DNA of 30,837 bases from positions 1 to 30,837 of IMG/VR virus record IMGVR_UViG_3300011335_000724, one strand, 5' to 3'. Each line of letters begins with the position of its first letter. Within the stretch, counting starts at the first letter, position 1. Source of the stretch: a virus (Duplodnaviria; Caudoviricetes). Both the position numbers and the translations under genes were made by a program. Positions 22,896 to 30,837 of this stretch are shown here, piece by piece. The notes beneath the pieces are model-generated. The model was not told the DNA's origin. It saw only the letters and a program-made list of their open reading frames with translations, and searched no databases.

Positions 22896-25313
22896 ATGCC
22901 ACTGGTCAGTAGCTCAATTCCTAACCTGATTAACGGGGTAAGCCAGCAACCAGCGGCTTTGCGTCTTGCTTCTCAAGCAGAAGAAGTCGTTAACTGTATG
23001 CCAAGCCCAGTTGAAGGATTAAAGAAACGACCACCTTGCTACAACCTTGCCAAAATTATTAGCGGCAATGCCGGCGCAGCTAGGCCTTTTACTCATATTG
23101 TTGATCGTGACGGCACAATTAAATACTTAGTATTCATTCAAAGCGGTGCCTTAAAAGTATTTGGATTAGATGGTTCTGTCAAGACCGTCACCGCTACCAC
23201 TAACTTTAATTACCTTACTGTCGCGGGAGAGCCAAGTTCAGCTTTTAGGGTAGCGTCAATTGCCGACTATACGTTTATTGTTAATCGCGAAAAGACCGCA
23301 ATTATGGCAGGAACGTTATCAACTGACTGGGGCACCAAGAGTATGGTGTTTATTAAGACAGCTGATTACGCAACAACATATTCCATCACTGTTAACGCAA
23401 CTACGGTTACAGACACAACTCAGAACTCAGGTGGTAATGCCCCAAGTAACGTAACAATTGCCGCTAACCTCGCGGCTTCGTTGCAGGCGGCTTTAGGCGC
23501 AGGCAACTTTACGGTGACAAGTACTGATTACATTGTTCGCATTACCAAGGTAGACGGCGGGGCGTACACACTTAGTTCTAAAGATACCCGTAGCGGCCAG
23601 ATGACAATAGCAATTAAAGGAACAGTCGACACATTGTCAGACCTACCTACTATTGCTGAACATGGATTTACTGTAGAGATCTTAGGTAGCCAATCCACTG
23701 GCTTAGATAATTATTATGTGAAGTTTGAAACCAATACAGGCAGCGGGTTTGGCCATGGCATTTGGCGCGAAACAGTAGCGCCAAACATCCCGTATTTGTT
23801 TGATGGGACAACAATGCCGCATGTGTTAATACGCAATGCTAACGATACATTTACCTTTGAAGCTTTCCCCTGGTCAGGCCGGGTAGCTGGTGACGTAGAT
23901 ACTGCCCCTGACCCAAGTTTTGTTGGCAGCAAAATTCAAAACATACAGTTATTTAGGAATCGCTTAGCATTTCTAGCTGACGAAAACGTAATCCTGTCTG
24001 CTACTGATTCTTACGACCGCTTTTGGCCGGAGACAGTGCAAACTGTTGTTGACAGCGACCCCATTGATATTGCAACAGGCGGCCAAGAAATCAATTTCCT
24101 TGTTAGCAGCCTGGCTTTTGCTAACTCGTTGTTATTATTTAGCCGTCACAGCCAATTCCGGCTGGACACTGGCAACGTTGCTGCAGCTTTAACACCTAGG
24201 ACAGCCAGTATTTCGGCTCTTACTACTTTTGAAATGCTTGATTCAGTTGACCCTATAGCTTTAGGTCGCACTATTTTCTTTGCTGTACCCAAAGGTGATA
24301 ACACTGGCGTAAGGGAGTTTTTCCTGCCAGATAGCAGCGGCCCTGCCCCTGTGTCGGAAGAGGTTACGTCTGCTATCCCCCGTTATATTCCAAACAATAT
24401 ATGTGCTATGACCGCGACTGTATCAGAAGAAGGTTTAGTGCTGCTTAGCAAGACTCAACCAAGGCGAGTGTACCTATATAAGTTCTTCTTCCAGGACGAC
24501 TCTAAGCTACAGTCAGCATGGTCGTATTGGGAAATGGAAGGCGTTAAAGAAATAATTGGCGCTGACATCCTTGACAGTGATTTGTTCCTAAGCGTTCAAT
24601 ATGCCGACGGCGTTTATCTGGAACGTGTCTCACTGCGCCCAGAAACAGTTGATGCTGGCACTAACATTGAGATCTTGCTAGATCGTAAGACAACAGAAGC
24701 TAGTTGCACCGTAGCGCTAACAAACCCTGCCGGCCTTGATGTTCAATCAACTATCACTTTGCCGTATCCAATTAATAACACTAGCTCAATGGCGGTTGTA
24801 GGGCGCTTCTTTGCAAACAATACAATCCAGCATGGCCAAGTGTTGATCCCTATTAGCCAGACACTGGCAGGTGGGACAGGCGGTAATGGCACCTTGGTAG
24901 TAAGAGGCGATTTGACTGCAGCTAAGTTTTTTGTTGGTGAGCTGTACGATCTTCTGTACGAGTTCAGCACCCAGTACATAAAGGAGCAACCACCTGGCGG
25001 GGGCATTGCAATTGCAGCAGGGCCTAAATTGCAGTTGCGGACATGGACCATGATATTTGATACCACCTCAGCGTTTGAAATAAAGACCACGCCAAAGGGG
25101 CGGGACACTAACACTTACCCTTACAACGCAATAGTGCCTGGCGATAACTCGTTGCTTGGTTCGCCTGGCGTTGCTACCGGTAGGTTTAGAGTGCCGGTAA
25201 TGACCGAGAACATAAGCGCCGTCATTCAATTGGCAAGCAGCAGCCCATTGCCTTGCCGTTTTCAGTCGGCCGAATGGGAAGGGTTTTATCACACCAGATC
25301 ACAACGACTATGA
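22896..25313 (+). CDS. gp12: Tail tubular protein B (T7 gp12-like)
   Basis: SIPNL.NGVSQQP, N..P..V.GL.KRPP, W.ET.AP, TMPH.L.R, P.PSFVG, FRNRL.FL, D.DPID, QSAWS.W, WEG.Y..RS.R. Confidence 0.96.
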   Translation: MPLVSSSIPNLINGVSQQPAALRLASQAEEVVNCMPSPVEGLKKRPPCYNLAKIISGNAGAARPFTHIVDRDGTIKYLVFIQSGALKVFGLDGSVKTVTATTNFNYLTVAGEPSSAFRVASIADYTFIVNREKTAIMAGTLSTDWGTKSMVFIKTADYATTYSITVNATTVTDTTQNSGGNAPSNVTIAANLAASLQAALGAGNFTVTSTDYIVRITKVDGGAYTLSSKDTRSGQMTIAIKGTVDTLSDLPTIAEHGFTVEILGSQSTGLDNYYVKFETNTGSGFGHGIWRETVAPNIPYLFDGTTMPHVLIRNANDTFTFEAFPWSGRVAGDVDTAPDPSFVGSKIQNIQLFRNRLAFLADENVILSATDSYDRFWPETVQTVVDSDPIDIATGGQEINFLVSSLAFANSLLLFSRHSQFRLDTGNVAAALTPRTASISALTTFEMLDSVDPIALGRTIFFAVPKGDNTGVREFFLPDSSGPAPVSEEVTSAIPRYIPNNICAMTATVSEEGLVLLSKTQPRRVYLYKFFFQDDSKLQSAWSYWEMEGVKEIIGADILDSDLFLSVQYADGVYLERVSLRPETVDAGTNIEILLDRKTTEASCTVALTNPAGLDVQSTITLPYPINNTSSMAVVGRFFANNTIQHGQVLIPISQTLAGGTGGNGTLVVRGDLTAAKFFVGELYDLLYEFSTQYIKEQPPGGGIAIAAGPKLQLRTWTMIFDTTSAFEIKTTPKGRDTNTYPYNAIVPGDNSLLGSPGVATGRFRVPVMTENISAVIQLASSSPLPCRFQSAEWEGFYHTRSQRL

Positions 25314-25789
25314 CCCCACCTCTTAGGCCCACAGTTGTAACTGATATTGCTTGGATAGCAGGCCGAATGAGAGCGGCTGATGTTGCTGAGGTAAAAGCCA
25401 ATAGCGGGCTTGAACCACGGGTTGGTTTGCTGCATAGCTACATGAAAGGCAAACCATGCATCACAATGGTGTCAAATAGAGGGGAACCATTAGCAATGGG
25501 CGGGGTCGTGCCAGACGAATTCAATAGCCGGGTAGGCCAAATATGGTTGCTGGGTACTGATGCGTTGGTGGAAAATACGACTAACCGTATGCGGTTTCTA
25601 AGAGGTTGTAGGTCTTGGGTAAATGCTATGCACCGTGAATACGACGTGCTGTGGAATTACATGGACGCTCGTAATGTTGTGCACCGTCGCTGGGTTGAAT
25701 GGATGGGGTTTACCTTTATTGCAAAACGGCCAGACTGGGGAGTAGAAGGTCGTTTATTTTTGGAGTTTTGCAAGGTGAACCATGTGTGA
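25310..25789 (+). CDS. gp13: Internal virion protein A (T7 gp13-like, GNAT-like fold)
   Basis: MR..D..EV.A, G.IWLLGT, LWNY.D.RN..H..W..W.GF.F; ATG 25310 overlaps the gp12 stop. Confidence 0.85.
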   Translation: MTPPLRPTVVTDIAWIAGRMRAADVAEVKANSGLEPRVGLLHSYMKGKPCITMVSNRGEPLAMGGVVPDEFNSRVGQIWLLGTDALVENTTNRMRFLRGCRSWVNAMHREYDVLWNYMDARNVVHRRWVEWMGFTFIAKRPDWGVEGRLFLEFCKVNHV

Positions 25790-26927
25790 TCCAGTCAGCG
25801 TTGGTATTACAAGCACCGTCGTTGGGGGGGGGCTTAACATTGCCGGCCAGGCCAGCTCGTACCAGCAGGCAAAAAGCAATGTCGCTTTTGCTAATGCCCA
25901 AGCTGACATGGATTACTTCCAGACGCAGTTAGATGTTGATGCAGCTAACCGCCAAGCGCAACGGCGGTATTTTCAGGCACAGCAAGAAGAAGCTTATGCC
26001 AACGCACAAGCAGATCGGCAGTATTTCCAAGCACAGCAAGACACTGCTTACGCTAATGCCAGAGCAGATCAAGATTACTTCCAGGCGCAACAGAACACGG
26101 GGTATGTTAACAGCCAAATTAAACAACAGTATTTTCAAACTCAGCAGAATACAAAGTTTGCTAACGCCCAAGCCGAACAACAATACTTTCAGGAAAAAGA
26201 AGAGACAGAGTACGCTAATTTTGCTGCTCAACAAGGTTATCAATACCAGCAAATGCAGGCCGCAACTGCACAAAGCTACGAAGATTTACGGTTTAATCAG
26301 CAAGAAGCACTAATACAACAGACAAGGTTGATTGCTGATAGCGCTTACGCTAACGAAGTGGGGGCATTGAATCTAAGATTGATGCAAGAGCAAGAAGTTG
26401 CGGCACAACAAAGGCAGCAAGCGAACATACAAGCGATGGAAGCTAGCGGTTCCGTAAGAGCTGCTGGCCGAGTTGGGAATTCTATTGAAAGCTTGATTGC
26501 TAATTACGAACGCCAGCAAGCGCAATTTGATTTCGTGACCAACCGCAACTTGGCGTTTGCAACAGCTCAAATACAAGAAGAGAAGCGAGGAGCTGCTGCT
26601 ACTAGAGGTTCCAGGATTGCTAGCCAGCAAGCTTATATCAGGCAGCCTATCCTTGATCCGATGAAACCAATAACAGCGTTAAATCCAATGAAGCCAATAC
26701 TAGCAATTGAGCCGTTACCGCCGATACTAGCGTTAGATCCACTCAAGCCCATCCAGGGCATGGCGCCAATTAAACCTTTGCGAGCGATGACTCCCATGGC
26801 CCCAAGCCCAATATCAGCTCCAATAAAAGGACAAAAACAAGCGGAACCAAGCGCTACACCGTACATATTGGCAGGTGCTGGTGAATTGGTTTCAACTGCT
26901 GCGTCTGTTTATAAGCAGTCTCGATAA
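25782..26927 (+). CDS. gp14: Internal virion / ejection protein B (T7 gp14-like) with 18-aa and 9-aa repeat expansions
   Basis: MCDPVS start, hydrophobic Gly-rich N-terminus, A.G...A.GR.GNS...L core; synteny. Confidence 0.85.
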   Translation: MCDPVSVGITSTVVGGGLNIAGQASSYQQAKSNVAFANAQADMDYFQTQLDVDAANRQAQRRYFQAQQEEAYANAQADRQYFQAQQDTAYANARADQDYFQAQQNTGYVNSQIKQQYFQTQQNTKFANAQAEQQYFQEKEETEYANFAAQQGYQYQQMQAATAQSYEDLRFNQQEALIQQTRLIADSAYANEVGALNLRLMQEQEVAAQQRQQANIQAMEASGSVRAAGRVGNSIESLIANYERQQAQFDFVTNRNLAFATAQIQEEKRGAAATRGSRIASQQAYIRQPILDPMKPITALNPMKPILAIEPLPPILALDPLKPIQGMAPIKPLRAMTPMAPSPISAPIKGQKQAEPSATPYILAGAGELVSTAASVYKQSR

Positions 26928-29755
26928 TGGCAAAACTTAGTACCGGTCAAAACTATGGCACCATTCCAGGTTCTGAAACCGCGCAACGTTTAATTGGTGG
27001 TCTTGCCCAAGTAGCTAGTGCCGGTGCTTTAGCGCAAGAAGCAATAGCAACGCCTACTCTTAGAGCCCAAGCAAAACCGGTAGATACGTTCCAGACAATT
27101 GGAGCACCGACTCTGGGCGGCCCGCCAAAGGCACCTCAGATGGCTGCATTACCTGACTTGCCTCGGGCGCCGGCATTGCCAAGGCCGACTGAGATGCAAG
27201 GTGCGCCAAACCTCCCAAGTTTGCCAAGCTTGCCAAACCTGCCGCGACTGCCTGAACTGCCTGGGCTTATAAATTTACCTGAGTTACCAGCGCAAACTAG
27301 GTTGCCAGCACAACCTAAGCCAAACCAAGACCTAGCTAATCTTGCTGAAGCGTTATCGTCATTCAACCAAAATTTGCAACAGGTTGGCCGTACATATCAA
27401 GAAGTAACGCAACAACAGGAAAAGAAAGCAGCTGATGAAGGCAAGCAAGCTGCCGCGCAATTCTCTGGATTGGGTTACAACAGCTATAAAGAGGCGCTGG
27501 CTGCAGCAGAAAAGAATGCGGCAGTAGATCCAGCAAGAGTGGCCGAACTAAATTTATTGAAAACATTAGATCCAAGACGTCAGCGATATTTTAATGAGCA
27601 ATTAGGCGACTCAAACTTTAAGCAAAGGATGGCAGAAGCTAAACAAATAATTGCATACACAAAAAAATTGCCTGACGGCCGGATCCTAGAGACTGTAGCT
27701 GCTAATGACCCAGCACTTATTGAATGGCACCGGAGCTTAGTTGTACCTGCGAATATAACGCCTAAGGCTTTCTTTGAGAATCAAGCTCAATACCAAGCAC
27801 TTATGGGTTCGGTCAATAGCGATCAAATCGCACGCAATGCTAAATACTCTGACGAGAAACAAATAAATGGATTTAATGTTGGGTTGGGTGGCAGCGTAAC
27901 AGAACTAGCGTCAGGCACAATTAGTCCTGAAACTTTTGCGTCAAAATTTGGCGCAAGCCTCAGTGCGTTTCAATCAGGGGGGGGCACCCCTGGCCAATAC
28001 CAAACTGTAAAAGCGACATTAATTCCTAAGCTTGCTGAAATTGCTGTAGCTATAGCAAGTGATAGGCCTGGCCGCGTTCAGATATTAGAAAACCTTACTG
28101 GCAATTTAATTAAAGCTCTGCATTTAACACCAGCAGGGCCAAACGGAGAACCGCTTATTACGCAACTTGGCATGTCGCCTGAAGTCGCACAAGTTGAATT
28201 GGCTCGGCTTATTAATAAAGGCGTAAATGCTGATAGAGCAGACGCTGACAGAACCGCAGCAACCATTGGGAAAGACGCCGCTGTTAATGACCTAAAGGCA
28301 GCTCCAATGGAAACTGCTGGCCAAATAATAGATTCAATTGCGTTTTTAAGAAAGAATGCTGAACAACGTTTTAAAAATAACCCAGAGCAATTAAGCTCAT
28401 ATTTAGCAACGTTGGCGGACGGGTACGCTTCAAAAGCTTTAACAATTATCAAACCTGTACAAGAAGCTAACGCAAGAAAATATGACCAGCGAGACCCGAC
28501 AACAACAACGCCAGCAAAAGACTTGGCTGAATACGCAAGGGCACAAGAACGCGGTGAGATTAGCCAGGAAGACTATACCCGCTTAGCAAATAGAGCCAAC
28601 GCAAGGATGGATACCGCTAACAACGCAAACTTTAAAGTTGCGAATCAAAACGAAAAAGATTTAAGAGCAAGGCTTGAAAAAGAATATGAAACATCTGGGT
28701 ATGGGGACAAAAAGCCTGGCATTAGCCCCGCCGAAAATGTTGAAATTAGCAACCGGATCGGCGAATACCGCAGGCAAACCACTGAGCTTATTCAAAAAGC
28801 TAAAGGCGCTGACATAAGTAATGAGTTGAATGATTTGTACCTAAAAGCTACTGCCCCGCAACAGCAAAGGGCGCAAAGGAGAGCACAACAACCAGCTTAT
28901 GCTTCACCTGAAACTGTAAAGTCTAAATTAGACCGAACATCAGGAGACGTAAAACGTAATTACCGGTCAGGACCGCTATATCCAATGCCAGTTTTTGGAA
29001 AACAACTAGATGACATTATGGAGAACAAGCCAATAGACGACTCCACCAAGGAGATTATTAGACGGTTAGGAGTTACACCGTTGGAATATTTTACGCAACA
29101 GAATGACCAACACAACCCAGGCAAACCACTCCCTGCCCCAGTGCTGGAAAAATTAAAAGCATTAGATAAAGTCTCCTTGGCGTTGCCTGTAAGTGGAGGA
29201 GGTTCCATGGGATTGGGAATGATCACACCTGATATGGCCCGAGCACAACGCCTCTGGAAAGCAATTCAACCTCCAACCCCTCAACCAACCATGTCTAGCC
29301 CAAGCTTGCCTGAACCAACAGGTTCCGTGACAGGTAAAGCTGCGTCTATCAGAGAAGCAGCTAGGCAGTTAGGAATAGATCCTATTGCTCTTGCGGCTGT
29401 AATACATAAAGAAAGTCAGTTTAGAGCAACTATCATAGGAGGCGCCGGCAATAGATACCAAGGCTTGATCCAATTTGGCCCTACAGAAAGGAGGGATTAT
29501 GGCTACAGCGACAAGCAAACATTTGAACAGCAAATGCTTGGTCCTGTAGTTAAATTTTTAAAAGCCCGCGGAGTTAAGCCTGGTCATGGAGCGCAAGAGA
29601 TTTACGCAGCAATCCTTACCGGCAACGTAAGCAACATAGCCAGAGGGGGCCTCGATTGGAAAGACAGCAATGGAACCACAGTTCGCAACTCATTACCTAA
29701 CCTTACAAAAGGCGTAGATTACAAAGCAGCAGTCCGATTCATGAAAGGTAACTAA
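26927..29755 (+). CDS. gp15: Internal virion / ejection protein C (gp15 position) with a C-terminal lytic transglycosylase-like domain
   Basis: Synteny; A.PVDTF and DL..LA.ALS.FN.NL N-terminal motifs; C-terminal AARQLGIDP..LAAVIHKESQF...YQGLIQFG. Confidence 0.8.
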   Translation: MAKLSTGQNYGTIPGSETAQRLIGGLAQVASAGALAQEAIATPTLRAQAKPVDTFQTIGAPTLGGPPKAPQMAALPDLPRAPALPRPTEMQGAPNLPSLPSLPNLPRLPELPGLINLPELPAQTRLPAQPKPNQDLANLAEALSSFNQNLQQVGRTYQEVTQQQEKKAADEGKQAAAQFSGLGYNSYKEALAAAEKNAAVDPARVAELNLLKTLDPRRQRYFNEQLGDSNFKQRMAEAKQIIAYTKKLPDGRILETVAANDPALIEWHRSLVVPANITPKAFFENQAQYQALMGSVNSDQIARNAKYSDEKQINGFNVGLGGSVTELASGTISPETFASKFGASLSAFQSGGGTPGQYQTVKATLIPKLAEIAVAIASDRPGRVQILENLTGNLIKALHLTPAGPNGEPLITQLGMSPEVAQVELARLINKGVNADRADADRTAATIGKDAAVNDLKAAPMETAGQIIDSIAFLRKNAEQRFKNNPEQLSSYLATLADGYASKALTIIKPVQEANARKYDQRDPTTTTPAKDLAEYARAQERGEISQEDYTRLANRANARMDTANNANFKVANQNEKDLRARLEKEYETSGYGDKKPGISPAENVEISNRIGEYRRQTTELIQKAKGADISNELNDLYLKATAPQQQRAQRRAQQPAYASPETVKSKLDRTSGDVKRNYRSGPLYPMPVFGKQLDDIMENKPIDDSTKEIIRRLGVTPLEYFTQQNDQHNPGKPLPAPVLEKLKALDKVSLALPVSGGGSMGLGMITPDMARAQRLWKAIQPPTPQPTMSSPSLPEPTGSVTGKAASIREAARQLGIDPIALAAVIHKESQFRATIIGGAGNRYQGLIQFGPTERRDYGYSDKQTFEQQMLGPVVKFLKARGVKPGHGAQEIYAAILTGNVSNIARGGLDWKDSNGTTVRNSLPNLTKGVDYKAAVRFMKGN

Positions 29756-29757
29756 CC

Positions 29758-30837
29758 ATGCCATACGTTGAAAGCAAAGATCCAACAACCGGTTTAGTCA
29801 CTAGGGAGTATGTGCTTCCTACAGCTAGTGCAACTCCGGCTGCACCTAAGCCTGCACCTAAGCCTATTGCGGCACCTGCCCCAAAGCCTGCCCCTGTTGC
29901 TGCTCCTGCACCGTCTAATAATCCTTTAGCCAATTTGGGCCAAGCTGTACAAACCGGCTTGCAGAGTTTTGCTAAAGATCTAAATGACCGCGGCCAAGAA
30001 AGTAGTGCACTTATTGGAGCTGCCCGTGGCTTGACACGCATGGGTTACAGCACCGTGCGTAATACGGCTCAAGAACTAAGCGATGTTGGTACTGAAGCAA
30101 TTGCCAAAATCCAAGGGAGGCCATCCCCTACATCCGCCAAAAGGCCAGATGCACCATTCCTGGGCATTATGCCCCCGCTGCCTAAAGCTAAAAGCAGTGG
30201 CCCTGCTGAGGACCTAGCTGTTGGTATTGGCCAGTTTGCATTGTCTTGGATTCCAGTAGCAAAAGGAGTAGGTCTTGTTGGCAAAGGTTTATCTATGTTG
30301 CCTGGCGCTAGCAAGGTTGCAGGTGCAACGCAAGCTGTAACGCAAGCTGTAAAAGCAACTAAGGCAGTCCAGCAAATTAGCAAGGTTCCTGGCGCTGCAA
30401 TCGTTGGTAAATCAATAGCAGAGAACACACTTACTAAAGCTGCAGCTACTGGTGGCGTAATTGACTTTGCTGCATTTGATCAATACGAAGGACGGCTAAC
30501 AGATCTGCTTGAGCAGATGGGGCCGTTAAAACATCTAGCTATTGATTACCTAAAGTCTGACCCTAAAGACGTGGGGTTAGACGGCAGGTTTAAAAACGTT
30601 CTGGAAGGAGCACTCTTTGGTACTGGGCTTGAAGTCGCATTCCGTACTTTTAAAGCTGTACGAGCAACGAGAGCTGTACAAGGAGCACCAACAGAAGCGC
30701 GAAGGGCGGAGTTATTACCTGTAGCGGTAGCGGCTAACAACGATTTAGAGACGGCTGTTATTAGACAACAGACCATACTGCCGCCTATTGCACCGTCGCC
30801 GCCTGTAGCACCTCGCCCCGCAGTGCAACCAATGGGG
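29758..30837 (+). CDS. gp16: Internal virion / ejection protein D (gp16 position), 5' partial (MPYVESKDPTTGLVTREYVLP...)
   Basis: ATG at 29758, two bases after the gp15 stop, apparently open to the window end; QFALSW, GG.IDF..FD..EGRL.D and GRFKNVLEG...G motifs; absent from the track because it has no stop in the window. Confidence 0.8.
   Translation, partial: MPYVESKDPTTGLVTREYVLPTASATPAAPKPAPKPIAAPAPKPAPVAAPAPSNNPLANLGQAVQTGLQSFAKDLNDRGQESSALIGAARGLTRMGYSTVRNTAQELSDVGTEAIAKIQGRPSPTSAKRPDAPFLGIMPPLPKAKSSGPAEDLAVGIGQFALSWIPVAKGVGLVGKGLSMLPGASKVAGATQAVTQAVKATKAVQQISKVPGAAIVGKSIAENTLTKAAATGGVIDFAAFDQYEGRLTDLLEQMGPLKHLAIDYLKSDPKDVGLDGRFKNVLEGALFGTGLEVAFRTFKAVRATRAVQGAPTEARRAELLPVAVAANNDLETAVIRQQTILPPIAPSPPVAPRPAVQPMG

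Noticed and set aside
11800-30776. Many antisense or alternate-frame ORFs inside core genes (e.g. 19344..19841, 24743..25114, 28078..28452, 30069..30428)
   Set aside because: Shadow ORFs of long genes with no recognisable motifs
1-30837. Integrase, tRNA, ribonucleotide reductase or photosynthesis genes (psbA, hli)
   Set aside because: Looked for because cyanopodoviruses often carry them; none recognisable in this window, though the unseen part of the genome cannot be excluded

Overview
About 31 kb of a T7-like podovirus genome (Autographiviridae-type). The gene set and the C/A-rich, mostly SD-less leaders suggest a picocyanobacterial host (inference). The window looks circularly permuted. 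It opens in the post-tail-fibre/lysis region (tail-associated protein, small membrane proteins, C39-like peptidase, metallophosphoesterase, HNH). A minus-strand packaging operon follows (terS, a small Ala/Gly/Thr-rich protein, terL, small ORFs, DUF3310), then a ~1 kb non-coding hairpin/repeat-rich stretch that probably holds the genome-end junction. Next come a leftward early operon ending in ArdC and a repeat-rich divergent control region. The rest is the canonical rightward T7 order: RNA polymerase, SSB, endonuclease I, primase-helicase, exonuclease, portal, scaffold, capsid, tail tubes A/B and gp13-gp16, with gp16 truncated by the window end. Main oddities: no DNA polymerase between helicase and exonuclease; packaging and early genes on the opposite strand; a likely programmed -1 frameshift (A AAA AAG) in a holin-like gene; a 32-bp direct repeat bracketing a two-gene insert; and length-matched repeat expansions in several ejection proteins.
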